From positions 4,391 through 68,390 of IMG/VR virus record IMGVR_UViG_3300043410_001663: a stretch of DNA of 64,000 nucleotides; one strand, 5' to 3'. The translations under genes and the position numbers were made by a program. Below the pieces are notes generated by a model. That model saw only the letters and a program-made list of their open reading frames with translations, was not told the origin of the DNA and searched no databases. Source of the DNA: a virus. Shown piece by piece: positions 38,030 through 48,538 of this stretch. Positions within the stretch are counted from its first letter, which is position 1. Every line of letters begins with the position of its first letter.

Positions 38030-39898
38030 ATGAATCAATACCAGCAATATATCCACAAGTCGCGCTACGCCAAGTACCTCCCCGACCAGGGCCGTCGAGA
38101 GGACTGGAACGAGACAGTGCAGCGATACGTGGACTATATCTTCGAGCGCAACCCCAAGCTGAACCCGACCATCAAGCAGGACATCTACAACGCGATCCAT
38201 GGCCAGCACATCATGCCCTCCATGCGCGCCATGATGACCTCCGGCAAGGCAGCAGACCGCGACAACACCTGCATCTACAACTGCTCTTATCTCCCCGTGG
38301 ACGACGTGAAGTCGTTCGACGAGGCGATGTTCATCCTGCTGTGCGGGACCGGCGTCGGGTTCTCGGTGGAGTCCAAGTACACCAGCAAGCTCCCGGACGT
38401 CCCCGAGCGCCTGTTTGAGTCCGAGCACCTGATCACCGTCGCGGACAGCAAAGAGGGCTGGGCCAAGGCCTACCGCCTGATGATCGCGAGCCTCTACGCC
38501 GGCGAGATCCCGAAGTGGGACGTGAGCAAGGTCCGCGCCGCTGGAACGCCCCTGAAGACGTTTGGTGGCCGCGCGTCAGGCCCCGAGCCCCTGGTCGACC
38601 TCTTCCAGTTCACCATCAAGACCTTCAAGGGCGCGCAGGGCCGCAAGCTCAACACCCTCGAGTGCCACGACCTGATGTGCAAGATCGGGGAGGTGGTGGT
38701 TGTGGGCGGCGTGCGCCGCTCGGCCATGATCAGCCTCTCTGACCTGAACGACGAGCGCATCCGCCACTGCAAGTCGGGCAACTGGTGGGACACCCACCCC
38801 CACCGCGCGCTGGCCAACAACAGCGCCGTGTACGAGAGCAAGCCCACCGTGGGGACCTTCCTGGAGGAGTGGACCTCGCTGTACAACAGCCACAGCGGCG
38901 AGCGCGGCATCTTCAACCGCGAGGCGGCCAAGAAGATCGTCACCAAGTTCGGCAAGCGTGACCCGAATTACGAATTTGGTACTAACCCCTGTAGTGAAAT
39001 CGTGTTGCGTCCGTACCAGTTCTGCAACCTAACGGAGGTGATGGTGCGCCCGGACGACACCCTGGAGAGCCTCAAGCAGAAGGTCCGCATGGCGGCCATC
39101 CTGGGGACGATCCAGGCGACGTTCACGCACTTCCCCTACCTGCGCAAGGTCTGGCAGCGCAACACCGAGGAGGAGCGTCTGCTGGGCGTCTCGCTCACCG
39201 GCATCTACGACCACGAGATCATGGGTAGCAGCAAATCGGCGCCGCTGTGGCTGGACCAGCTGCGTGAGGTCGCCAACGAGGCCAACGCCGAGTTCGCCGA
39301 CATCCTGGGCATCCCGCGCTCGACGGCGATCACCGCTGTCAAGCCGAGCGGCACCGTGAGCCAGCTGACCGACACCGCGAGCGGGATCCACCCCCGTCAC
39401 GCGCCGTTCTACATCCGCCGCGTGCGTGGCGACAACAAGGACCCCCTGACGCTGTTCCTGATCAGCCAGGGCATCCCTGCCGAGCCGTGCGTGATGAAGC
39501 CGGCCACGACGACCGTGTTCAGCTTCCCTCAGCGTGCCCCCGAGGGGCTGGTGACGCGCGACGACGTCGACGCCGTCAAGCACCTGGGTCTGTGGCTGAC
39601 GTACCAGCGCCACTGGTGCGAACACAAGCCCTCTGTCACCATCTCCGTGACCGAGAACGAGTGGCCGACGGTCGGCGCGTTCGTGTGGGACCACTTCGAC
39701 GAGATGTCCGGCGTGTCGTTCCTGCCCCACGACGGGGGCACGTATCGCCAGGCGCCGTATGAGACCTGCACGGAGGCGGAGTACAATACGCTCCTGGCGC
39801 AGATGCCCGCCATTGACTGGCACGCGTTCTCTGAGAACCGTGACAACGTGGAGGGTGCCCAGCTCTTGGCTTGTACTGCTGGTGTGTGTGAACTTTAA
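38030..39898 (+). CDS. nrdJ: Class II (B12-dependent) ribonucleotide reductase
   Basis: YNCSY, GTGVGFSV, GGVRRSA, TNPCSE, AVKPSGTVSQL, C-terminal CTAGVCEL; no beta-subunit gene. Confidence 0.9.
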   Translation: MNQYQQYIHKSRYAKYLPDQGRREDWNETVQRYVDYIFERNPKLNPTIKQDIYNAIHGQHIMPSMRAMMTSGKAADRDNTCIYNCSYLPVDDVKSFDEAMFILLCGTGVGFSVESKYTSKLPDVPERLFESEHLITVADSKEGWAKAYRLMIASLYAGEIPKWDVSKVRAAGTPLKTFGGRASGPEPLVDLFQFTIKTFKGAQGRKLNTLECHDLMCKIGEVVVVGGVRRSAMISLSDLNDERIRHCKSGNWWDTHPHRALANNSAVYESKPTVGTFLEEWTSLYNSHSGERGIFNREAAKKIVTKFGKRDPNYEFGTNPCSEIVLRPYQFCNLTEVMVRPDDTLESLKQKVRMAAILGTIQATFTHFPYLRKVWQRNTEEERLLGVSLTGIYDHEIMGSSKSAPLWLDQLREVANEANAEFADILGIPRSTAITAVKPSGTVSQLTDTASGIHPRHAPFYIRRVRGDNKDPLTLFLISQGIPAEPCVMKPATTTVFSFPQRAPEGLVTRDDVDAVKHLGLWLTYQRHWCEHKPSVTISVTENEWPTVGAFVWDHFDEMSGVSFLPHDGGTYRQAPYETCTEAEYNTLLAQMPAIDWHAFSENRDNVEGAQLLACTAGVCEL

Positions 39899-39913
39899 CT
39901 AAAGGAGAGTGAT

Positions 39914-40543
39914 ATGAGGATTTCAGCATTGCTTCTGTCGCTGGTGCTAGTAGTAGCGGCCGGTGTGGCGGATGCGCGTGGTGGATCCTCTAGCGGCGGT
40001 GGCCGCGGAGGGTTTTCTGGAGGGGGTGGCGCCAGGCCGGCGCCTGCGGCCCCCGCACGACCGGCAGCGGCCCCGGCGCCCGCACCTGCACGCACGACAA
40101 CGACCACGACGTCAACCACGACCACCCGCACCGCGGGCGGCGGCATGGTTGGCGGGCCGGTGATGTACGGCGGGTTCGGTATGGGCTATGGCTACACCAA
40201 CGGCCTGCTGACGGGCATGATCATCGGCAACATGATGCACCCCCACAACACGGTGGTGTACACGGGAGGTGGCACGTACAACAACAACGCGCTGCTATAC
40301 CCGGACGGTCGCGTGGTGTCCCAGTCGGGCCAGTTGGTGGGTACGTACCAGAACGGTACGTTCACCGCCATCTCGAACGGCCCGATTGTCGCCCAGGCCG
40401 CCCCTGCGGACGCCGTGCAGCACGCCCCCGCGCAGCCGGTGGTCATCAAGCAGGAGACCAACGCCGGTGAAATCATCGCCATGGTTCTCTTGGCTGTTGT
40501 GATTGTGTTCTTGATTATTATCCTGATTGGAGTGATTGTATGA
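39914..40543 (+). CDS. Gly/Pro/Thr-rich membrane-anchored exported protein
   Basis: Signal peptide ending ADA, low-complexity linker, C-terminal hydrophobic helix. Confidence 0.7.
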   Translation: MRISALLLSLVLVVAAGVADARGGSSSGGGRGGFSGGGGARPAPAAPARPAAAPAPAPARTTTTTTSTTTTRTAGGGMVGGPVMYGGFGMGYGYTNGLLTGMIIGNMMHPHNTVVYTGGGTYNNNALLYPDGRVVSQSGQLVGTYQNGTFTAISNGPIVAQAAPADAVQHAPAQPVVIKQETNAGEIIAMVLLAVVIVFLIIILIGVIV

Positions 40544-40845
40544 TGACAACCCTTCTCACCATTTTCCTCGTTCTTTTCTTCAGCATTTTGATCATCGCCA
40601 TGATTCGTTCAACCTTCTATTATTCCGACTTCGACGATGAGGTCACGACAACCACAACCACGACGACCACAACGACGTACGATGAGCCAGCACAGCCCGC
40701 AGTGCACATCGTTGGCTCATTGACGCGCGAGTTCGAGGGCACGCAGGTGTTCGTGATCGACCCCGTGGACAAGATGAAGATCTGGCTGAATTCCTCCGAC
40801 GACATGTACGAGGACGCAGCTGGCAAGATCTGGACCCTGCGCTGA
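40540..40845 (+). CDS. Membrane protein with poly-Thr linker
   Basis: N-terminal TM helix then a Thr run. Confidence 0.65.
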   Translation: MMTTLLTIFLVLFFSILIIAMIRSTFYYSDFDDEVTTTTTTTTTTTYDEPAQPAVHIVGSLTREFEGTQVFVIDPVDKMKIWLNSSDDMYEDAAGKIWTLR

Positions 40846-41129
40846 TGGACGGCGTTAAGTACGACACCGAGAAGCTGCGATGGTCTCTTCTACCGCTCGA
40901 GGCGGTGGAGGAGATCGTCAAGGTCCTCGAGTACGGCGCGCAGAAGTACGCCCCCGACAACTGGATGAAGGTCCCGGGGGCCGAGGCGCGATACTGGGAC
41001 GCCGCAATGCGGCACCTGATCGCGTGGAAGAAGGATGGAAAGCTGGACGACGAGACGGGGCAGTCACACCTTGCCCATGCAGCTTGTTGTCTGCTGTTTA
41101 TGCTCTGGTTTGAGCAACAAGATCGGTAA
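40845..41129 (+). CDS. dATP/dGTP diphosphohydrolase-like protein (DUF5664)
   Basis: KYDTEKLRWSLLP...GAQKYAPDNW...AAMRHL...DETGQSHLAHAACCLLF. Confidence 0.8.
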   Translation: MDGVKYDTEKLRWSLLPLEAVEEIVKVLEYGAQKYAPDNWMKVPGAEARYWDAAMRHLIAWKKDGKLDDETGQSHLAHAACCLLFMLWFEQQDR

Positions 41130-41154
41130 TTGGTGTGCCCCCTTGTGGGGTTTT

Positions 41155-41190
41155 GGGGAACAGTGATACAATCACTGTTCCCCCTTTTTT
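41155..41190 (+). terminator. Rho-independent terminator
   Basis: GGGGAACAGTGAT/ATCACTGTTCCCC 13-bp stem followed by T7. Confidence 0.75.
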
Positions 41191-41223
41191 CCGGATTCGT
41201 CCGATAGCCTTTAGGAGCACGAA

Positions 41224-43185
41224 ATGATTCTCTCGATTGACTTTGAAACACGCAGCCGCATCGACCTCAAAGACCGCGGCCTTGACGTTTACTCCAGCGA
41301 CTCAAGCACAGAGATCCTCTGCCTCGCTGCTGGATTCACCCCCGACAAAGTAGAAGTGTGGCGCGCAGATGAGGTCCCGCAGTGGGTCTTCGATCACGTG
41401 CTGGACTGGGGCCCTGTCTCCGCGTGGAACGCGGCGTTCGAGTACCACATCTGGAACCGGGTAGGCACCAAGCTCGGTTGGCCCGCGCTGAAGTGGGAGC
41501 AGCTAGTTGACTCGATGGCCATCGCGGCCGCCAACAACATCCCCCAGGACCTGGACACGGCCGGCGAGGTGATGGGCTCAGAGTTCCAGAAAGACAAGCG
41601 CGGCAAGAAGCTGATCCAGCTGTTGTGCAAGCCTAAGAAGGCTAAAAAGGTCGGCGAGCTTCCTGAGTTCAACGAGGACCCAGAGCTGATGCAGGAGCTC
41701 TTGGACTACTGCAAACGAGACGTACAGACCGAGATGTCGATCGTCTCCAAGCTGCGCCCGCTCAACGCCAACGAGCGCAAGATCTGGAACCTGACCCAGC
41801 AGATCAACGACCGTGGGGTGCCGGTGGACCCACGCGAGCTGGACAACGTGATCGGCGTAGTCAATGCGGAGCTTGAGTTAATTAACTCAGAGATCACGTC
41901 ATTGACTGGGGGGATTGAGGTCACAAAACGTGATCAGCTGATGAAGTGGTTTAACGACCGCGGGATGGGGCTGACTGACATGCAGGCCGAGACCCTGGAG
42001 AAGGCGCGAGCTAACACAAAACTCGACGCTAACAGTGACGTTGTTAGAGTCCTCGATTTACGGTTAGAAGGCTCCAAGACATCCGTCACCAAGTTCAACA
42101 AGATGGCCGAGGTCCACGTGGGCGGCCGCATCCGTAACGGCCTCGTGTATCACGGCGCCTCGACGGGGCGATGGGCGTCCAGGGGGATCAACCTCCAGAA
42201 CATCGCACGCCCAGCGTTGTGGATGAAAGATGAGCACATCAACAAGGCGGTCCAGTTGGCGCTGGAGTACGGCGACTACGACCTTATGAAGGTAGCCTTC
42301 GAGGACCAGGCAATGGACGCCTGCTCGTCGATCGTGCGCAACGCCATTAAGGCCCCGGAGGGCTACACGTTCGTCGACGCCGACCTGAGCTCGATCGAGA
42401 ACCGGGTATCTGCCTGGATGGCCGGCCAGAACGACAAGCTGGAGCTGTTCCGCGACGGCATGGACGAGTACAAGATGTTTGCCACCATCCTCTACAGCGT
42501 GTTGTATGAGGAGGTCACCAAGGACATGCGGCAGGTCAGCAAGTCGGCGGTGCTGGGGTGTATGTTCGGCCAGGGGGCCAAGGGGCTCGTGGCTTACGCT
42601 GAGACGATGGGGGTTAAGCTGACCTTGGAACAGGCTGAGACGATGGTGAACGCGTACCGCGCGGCGTACGCCAAGGTGAAGAACTGCTGGTACGCGATGG
42701 GGCAGGCGGCGGTTGACGCCATCAAGAGCCCGGGGACGGCGTTTGCGGCCGGGAAAGTGAAGCTGAAGGTTGCGCGTGGCGCGCTGTGGATGCAGCTACC
42801 GAGTGGGCGGCTTATCTGCTGGCAGCGCCCGGAGGTGGTTCAGGAGCTTACCCCATGGGGCAAGATGGCCGACGTCATTTACGTCCTCAGCCAGAACACC
42901 TACACTCGGAAGTGGGGCCGCAACAAGCTCATCGGATCCAGCATTTTTCAGAGTTCCGTCCAGGGCACTGCACGAGATTTCCTTGCCGAATCTGCGCGGA
43001 CGCTGAATGATAAAGGCGTGGATGTGATCAACCTTATCCATGACGAGATCCTTTCACTCTGTCGCATCGATGACGCGAAAGAGGTAGAGAAGTTGATGAT
43101 GACCGCTCTCACCACCCCGCCAATTTGGGCGCCCAACTTCCCTCTCGCCGCGGAGTCGTGGATCGATACTCGCTATCGAAAATGA
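41224..43185 (+). CDS. polA: DNA polymerase family A with 3'-5' exonuclease
   Basis: IDFET, AWNAAFE, YCKRDV, TGRW, DLSSIENRV, RQVSKSAVLGCMFG, IHDE. Confidence 0.93.
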   Translation: MILSIDFETRSRIDLKDRGLDVYSSDSSTEILCLAAGFTPDKVEVWRADEVPQWVFDHVLDWGPVSAWNAAFEYHIWNRVGTKLGWPALKWEQLVDSMAIAAANNIPQDLDTAGEVMGSEFQKDKRGKKLIQLLCKPKKAKKVGELPEFNEDPELMQELLDYCKRDVQTEMSIVSKLRPLNANERKIWNLTQQINDRGVPVDPRELDNVIGVVNAELELINSEITSLTGGIEVTKRDQLMKWFNDRGMGLTDMQAETLEKARANTKLDANSDVVRVLDLRLEGSKTSVTKFNKMAEVHVGGRIRNGLVYHGASTGRWASRGINLQNIARPALWMKDEHINKAVQLALEYGDYDLMKVAFEDQAMDACSSIVRNAIKAPEGYTFVDADLSSIENRVSAWMAGQNDKLELFRDGMDEYKMFATILYSVLYEEVTKDMRQVSKSAVLGCMFGQGAKGLVAYAETMGVKLTLEQAETMVNAYRAAYAKVKNCWYAMGQAAVDAIKSPGTAFAAGKVKLKVARGALWMQLPSGRLICWQRPEVVQELTPWGKMADVIYVLSQNTYTRKWGRNKLIGSSIFQSSVQGTARDFLAESARTLNDKGVDVINLIHDEILSLCRIDDAKEVEKLMMTALTTPPIWAPNFPLAAESWIDTRYRK

Positions 43186-43224
43186 TGGTGGGCGCGGCTT
43201 CTCCGTCCGCTTTGCCCGAATGGA

Positions 43225-45792
43225 TTACAGCCCGGTGAGGCCGCCGCGGGCCTTCTCTTCCATCTGAGAGGCCCCCAGGCCGACACCGGCCGCGCCGCCA
43301 TACAACGGTGACGTCCGCTGGACCAGGCTACGCTCAACGACCTGCTCTGGGGTCATGCCTGTCACGCGCGAGGTCCGCTCAATCGCCTCGTTGACGTGCT
43401 GGATCATCGGCTTGCCCTTGGTACCCTTGGCGCCGGCCCATGCGACTTCTTGGAAGTTGACCGGGGACACGCCATGCTGGCGCGCGACGTCGTTCAGGAC
43501 CTGCTCGGTGATGCCATAGGAGTCGCCAGGGGGGACGACCATACCAGGCTTGTACAGGCCGCTCATCTGCTCATCGATGGTGGGTCGGTCCATGTGGCCC
43601 ATGAAGTCCGCGGCGAAGTTGAACCGCTTAGGTGTCGCCGGCGTCAGTCCTGCGCCCTGGTTCATCACCTTGTCATACATCGCCATGTTGCCGCTGGCGT
43701 ACCGGCCGCCGATCGGGTAGGGCATCTCGTACGCCGCTGCAGGCATCGGCATACCCTGCTTTTTCAGGTAGTTGCCGTAGTAGCTCATCAGCAGGTTGGA
43801 CGTCGGGTCGGCGCCGCCGGTGGTAGCGGCCATTGGCTCCGCGAAGGACTCACGGAACGCCTTGCGGCCGGCCTCCGGGCCGAGTCGCTTGACGTACTCG
43901 TTCTCCAGCTGCCCCATGGCGTACCAGTTCCAGGTCAGGGGGTCGCCCTTGGCCTTGTTGAAGGCCTCACTCAGTCGACCATGCACCTCGGGGGTATCAA
44001 ACTCAGCACGCCATTTGTCGATCGTGGCCTGCTTCTTGGGCATCGCCTGGGTGATCGTCGACCCCTGGAGGGGGTAGTTCGCCGGATCAACATGGAACCG
44101 CTTGGACACGTCAAAAAACGGCGTGTAGTTGCCTTTGTCGATATCCTTCTGCGCCTGCTTGCGGATGGCCTCGACCATCATTGCCTCGGGAGAGTTCTGT
44201 TTTTGTAGAAACTCTTTGCCCGTCTTTTTGTCAATCGCAAGCGCAGGCGGCGCGGTGAGCGGGTAACGGTTGGCCATGATGGACCCGGCACCGCTGGGCG
44301 CCCGACCAATCAGGTCCTCGACCTTCTTGATGCCCTCACCAACCAGCTGCCCTTTAGGGTTGCGGCCGGCGTACTTTGGTAGATCAGTAAGACCTCCGGC
44401 GGCCTTGTGAGTGACCTCTTTGTCTGCCTCCTGTTGAGCACGCATGCTCTTGATGTAGTTATCAATGGGCGGGATACCGGTGTCACCGGTCAGGTTGCTG
44501 GCGCCCTCACGGAGGTAGTCATACAGCTGTTGCGCGCCTGCTGTCGCGGCGCCAAACAAACCGGACGCCATCGCGGCCTTGGGGTTACGCAGTTGCGTAC
44601 CAGCGCCACCGAGGGCGCTGGCCCCGCCAAGGGTCGCACCAATGACATCACCCTCCTCAGCGCGACGGATCGCGTTAGATCCTTGCAACGCAGCGAGGCC
44701 GGTCCCGAAACCGGTTCCAATCCGACCCTTATGAGAACCCATGTAGGGCTCCTTCACCGGCGCGGGGGGCACTGTCTCCAACACCGGACGCTTTGGCATC
44801 GGGAAATGAGACTCCACGGGCGGGGGCGGCGTGCTCATCGGTGTCCCAAACGGCAACGACAGACCCGTGCGCGGGTCGATGTTGGTAGCCATCGGGTCCA
44901 GCGTTGAGGCGCGTTGCAGGTTGCTCTGAACCTTTGGCACCTCACCTTGAGCCCCGGTTTGGGTTACGATCAACGGGTTAGACGTGATGACGTTCGAGCT
45001 GCCCGGCTTGAGCATCTTGTTGGTGTACTGATCAAGCGAGTGGGGCGCCTGCTGTTCTGTCGCCGCCTGGATTGCCTTATTGCGAAGCTCCATGGCGTCG
45101 TTGTATTTAGCCTCCTCCGCGCGGAATTCTCGTTCCCGCATCTTGTTGGTGGCGTCGATCTCACCTTGCTTTTGTCCTTGCAAACGAAGCTGGTTTGCTA
45201 CAGACGCCGCCGAGCGCGGCGAATGCGACGAGAAAAGAGTGCCGCCAATAGTACCAGCGGTACCAGCGAGGACGTCGCCAATGTCATACATTGACCCGGT
45301 GCCAGCGGAGTCAGCCTCTGCTGCATTTGCTCTTTTAATTGCTGGAAGAGAACTCCCAGTTGTGGCCACCGTCGACGGAACTGTTCCGCCAAATTGTGGT
45401 ATATAGCCAAAGACTTTACCCACATGCTCGGTTGCCTCGGGAGACGCATTCCCTTTTTTGAATGTGCCAGGGCCGTCGTGGTAGTCAATAATCGCCGCGT
45501 GGACGTTGCCTTTGTTTCTATCCAGGTTCTGCTTGTAGTAACGAGCCATCGCGATGATGTTCTGGTCTTCGTTATACCGATCTTTGATCCCTGCATCGAT
45601 CGCAGCCTTAGCACCAATCTGACCAACACCAACAGGACCTGTTTTTGAAATTTTGTTTTGATCGAACCCACTCTCTTGCATGGCCATGGCCAATAGCACG
45701 TGAGGGTCAACGCCAACCTCTTTCGCGGCCCGTTTGATTTTTTGGGCTACGCGAAGTTGTTTAGCGTTCAGGCTGTCATAGATGTCTGCCAT
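43225..45792 (-). CDS. Internal virion/ejection protein with N-terminal lytic transglycosylase domain
   Basis: AMAMQES, GPVGVGQI, AIIDYHDG resemble SLT motifs; last gene of the late operon. Confidence 0.75.
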   Translation of the reverse strand: MADIYDSLNAKQLRVAQKIKRAAKEVGVDPHVLLAMAMQESGFDQNKISKTGPVGVGQIGAKAAIDAGIKDRYNEDQNIIAMARYYKQNLDRNKGNVHAAIIDYHDGPGTFKKGNASPEATEHVGKVFGYIPQFGGTVPSTVATTGSSLPAIKRANAAEADSAGTGSMYDIGDVLAGTAGTIGGTLFSSHSPRSAASVANQLRLQGQKQGEIDATNKMREREFRAEEAKYNDAMELRNKAIQAATEQQAPHSLDQYTNKMLKPGSSNVITSNPLIVTQTGAQGEVPKVQSNLQRASTLDPMATNIDPRTGLSLPFGTPMSTPPPPVESHFPMPKRPVLETVPPAPVKEPYMGSHKGRIGTGFGTGLAALQGSNAIRRAEEGDVIGATLGGASALGGAGTQLRNPKAAMASGLFGAATAGAQQLYDYLREGASNLTGDTGIPPIDNYIKSMRAQQEADKEVTHKAAGGLTDLPKYAGRNPKGQLVGEGIKKVEDLIGRAPSGAGSIMANRYPLTAPPALAIDKKTGKEFLQKQNSPEAMMVEAIRKQAQKDIDKGNYTPFFDVSKRFHVDPANYPLQGSTITQAMPKKQATIDKWRAEFDTPEVHGRLSEAFNKAKGDPLTWNWYAMGQLENEYVKRLGPEAGRKAFRESFAEPMAATTGGADPTSNLLMSYYGNYLKKQGMPMPAAAYEMPYPIGGRYASGNMAMYDKVMNQGAGLTPATPKRFNFAADFMGHMDRPTIDEQMSGLYKPGMVVPPGDSYGITEQVLNDVARQHGVSPVNFQEVAWAGAKGTKGKPMIQHVNEAIERTSRVTGMTPEQVVERSLVQRTSPLYGGAAGVGLGASQMEEKARGGLTGL

Positions 45793-47633
45793 TATTGTCC
45801 TCTCAGTTCACGACGCAGCGCTGCTGCCTCGTCTTCTTCACCCGCACCGTCACGCACAAACTTGGGGTTCTTAACACCAAGCGCTTTTGCGGACTCATAA
45901 TACTGACGCTCTTGCATTTGCTGATACGCCGGAGACGCCTTGAAGCGTTGGAGACTACGCTCGCCACCACGTTGAGCTGTATTCCAGGCTTCGTTTGCCT
46001 CTCTTGTGTGTTGGTAGTTGAGGCGTGCGACCAGGATGCGTTTCTTCAACCCCTCGGCATCAATCCGGGATGCGTCACCCACAGAGTCACGATACATCTG
46101 ACGCTCAGAGTTAGACACCTGGCCCTGGCCTTCGTTCGCAATAGCCGTGTAGTCGGCCAGCACCTTGTTCATGGCGCCAGCGACGTCGTACCAAGCGGTG
46201 ATGGCCTTGGGATCTTTGCGTGCGACAGGATCCAACTGAATGGAGTACTCGTTGACGCCGGGGAACCCGATATTGCCGAGGCGGCCGGCCGACACACCCT
46301 GCGAGAGCGCATTGAGCACGGTAGAGGTCAGCGTCGGCTTCATCAGCCGACCGAACATGGACGGGTAGCTATCCAGTGCCTCCAACGCCCTGTCCAACTC
46401 TGGGACTCGGTTTTTGGCTTGATCAGACACGATGGACATCCGCGAGATCTCTTTCGCATCGCCTTCGCCCACGTTCTTGGCTGCTGACTCCTCGACGTTG
46501 ATGTTAGCCTTGCCGCGAGCCTCTTCAAACTGAGCCCAGCGCGGGTCTGTGCGAGGATACGGGTTGGGCGTAGTAACAGCGCTGCCTGCGGGGCCTGCTG
46601 CAACCGGTGCAGCTGGGGCTGCGGCCGGTGTTGCAGGCGCTGCTGCGGCGCCACCAGGTGCTGGCATGGCAACAGAACCCGTGGGCGCTGAGACGCCGCC
46701 AGCCGGAGCTCCAGGTGCGCGCGGCGAAATGCCGTACAGCTCTCGTTGCAGTTGTGTGCGCGGCACGCGCATTTCAAAACCGGGGTTGTTCGGATCCGGC
46801 ACCGTGACGTATTCTGCCGAGGATCCAGCGTGCTTGGCCAGGGCGGCAGTCTGATATGCCTCCGGAGTCAAGAACGACAGCTCGCGCTGCAAGTCTGTCG
46901 GCTTCGTCAGGCTGATCAACTGCTCCGAGAACTTTGTCGGGTTGTTGTATTGCAAGTCCATCAACGCAAACTTCTGCGCCGGCGGCAACGACTGGAGCGT
47001 GGTGTCCATCTGTTGTTGCGGAGACGGCGCGGGTGTGAACGCCGTCTGCGGGCGGACCGCGGAAAGCCCTCCAGCGGGTTGCCCCTCGGTGCCGGGACCT
47101 TGTGGTCGTTGGGCGTTGATGCCGAGTCCACCTGTAGAAGGCGCGTTGCTGGTCATTGTGTTCGCAGCGTCAGCGGTAGATAGACCGCCACCAGTTGCGC
47201 CAGGCATCTGCGTAGCAGGCGCGCCATCCAATCCAAAGCGTTGAGCCCACTGTGCTCGCTCCTGAGCCAGCCGCTTGACTCGGGCCTCTTCACTGGCCAA
47301 CTGTGCGACACCCATGCGCATCTGCAATAGGTCCTGCTCACGTTGACGGTTGCGAGTCATGTGCTCGCCGTAGTTGCGCGTGAACTCACCCGGGGCGCTG
47401 CCAGCCAGGGCCAGGTGCTCCATGGCGCCCTGCATTGACTTACCGTAACCTTCACGCTCTGCGATCATCTGCATCAGCCGTTCGCGGATATCAGAGCTTT
47501 GGGGTGCCTCCAACGAGACGCCCTTGAGTCCGGCCACAGAGACATTACCCTTTGTGCCTGGGCGCAGTACGGCTTCGGTTTCTTCAGTTGTCGCGGGCAG
47601 ACCGCCAATTTGATCGTTAGGGGTCATATTCAC
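45792..47633 (-). CDS. Putative ejection protein
   Basis: 613 aa, helical with Pro/Ala linkers; podovirus ejection-module position. Confidence 0.6.
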   Translation of the reverse strand: MNMTPNDQIGGLPATTEETEAVLRPGTKGNVSVAGLKGVSLEAPQSSDIRERLMQMIAEREGYGKSMQGAMEHLALAGSAPGEFTRNYGEHMTRNRQREQDLLQMRMGVAQLASEEARVKRLAQERAQWAQRFGLDGAPATQMPGATGGGLSTADAANTMTSNAPSTGGLGINAQRPQGPGTEGQPAGGLSAVRPQTAFTPAPSPQQQMDTTLQSLPPAQKFALMDLQYNNPTKFSEQLISLTKPTDLQRELSFLTPEAYQTAALAKHAGSSAEYVTVPDPNNPGFEMRVPRTQLQRELYGISPRAPGAPAGGVSAPTGSVAMPAPGGAAAAPATPAAAPAAPVAAGPAGSAVTTPNPYPRTDPRWAQFEEARGKANINVEESAAKNVGEGDAKEISRMSIVSDQAKNRVPELDRALEALDSYPSMFGRLMKPTLTSTVLNALSQGVSAGRLGNIGFPGVNEYSIQLDPVARKDPKAITAWYDVAGAMNKVLADYTAIANEGQGQVSNSERQMYRDSVGDASRIDAEGLKKRILVARLNYQHTREANEAWNTAQRGGERSLQRFKASPAYQQMQERQYYESAKALGVKNPKFVRDGAGEEDEAAALRRELRGQ

Positions 47634-48538
47634 TCTTCGGTTGTGTCTGTGGTAAACCCAGCAGCCAGGTCGGCGTCAGAGATAGGTCCAGTGTACAGCG
47701 TGCCGTCGGGGTTCAGTCCTGACGTCGTGTTATTGAAGTCGGCGCTGCTGACGGCACCACCATCGCCAACTGTCGACTGGTTACCCTTCAACCAGTTATC
47801 CAACCAACCAATCCCCGTGGTGCCTGCACGAATATTGTCGATCGTCTTACCGGCGCCGATTGCCATCTGCAGGCCCTTGCTGATGTTCTCCGCGGTGCTG
47901 CCCTTGTTGATCTCTTCGACCGTCTTGGGTGCATAGGCGCCCATGTTGTTGACGATGTCGCTGTACTTGGCCAGAGACGGCAATCCACCCAGCATCTGGG
48001 TGTTGGCGAGGTTGATGCCCGTCGTGCCATACTGGGAGCCGATGTTACCGATACCCTGCAGTGCCTGGATGCCTTGTGTCTGTGCGTTGAGTAGCGCCTG
48101 ATTTTGCTGTTCTGTCAGGGTCGTCAGAGCGCCGGCGCGTGCGGCGGCGTTGGCCGTTTGTCCGCGCAGGGAGTTGAAGTTGCCAGAGCCAATGCCAGCC
48201 GCGCCCTCTTTGGCCGTGATCTGGGGTAGGATCTGGTCGAGCTTGGCGTACTGGGACGCGAACAAAGATCCAAGGGGGCTGGCGGGATTCGGCTGCCCGC
48301 TGGCATCAAACGGTGTGCTGATGCCCTGATACACATCCTGCAGGCCGCCCATCGCCGTCGTGAACGGGTTCTGGGCCGTGTTGAACGTCTCACCTACACC
48401 CTTGAGTGCGGTCTCTCCAGGGGCCGGCGTGGCGCCGTACACGGTGCCCGCGGTGCCCGCGATATTCTGCTGCGCGTTGGTGAACCACGACGGTAGCGCC
48501 GTGGACGTTGTTTTGGAGGTATCAAAGATTCCGGCCAT
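47630..48538 (-). CDS. Putative DNA transfer/pilot protein
   Basis: Gly/Gln/Ala-rich; LPSW, GNFNSLRG motifs; ejection-module position. Confidence 0.6.
   Translation of the reverse strand: MAGIFDTSKTTSTALPSWFTNAQQNIAGTAGTVYGATPAPGETALKGVGETFNTAQNPFTTAMGGLQDVYQGISTPFDASGQPNPASPLGSLFASQYAKLDQILPQITAKEGAAGIGSGNFNSLRGQTANAAARAGALTTLTEQQNQALLNAQTQGIQALQGIGNIGSQYGTTGINLANTQMLGGLPSLAKYSDIVNNMGAYAPKTVEEINKGSTAENISKGLQMAIGAGKTIDNIRAGTTGIGWLDNWLKGNQSTVGDGGAVSSADFNNTTSGLNPDGTLYTGPISDADLAAGFTTDTTEE

Noticed and set aside
40845-41129. Z-base (2-aminoadenine) genome pathway
   Set aside because: DUF5664-like gene is present but no PurZ or DatZ-like gene was recognised in the window.
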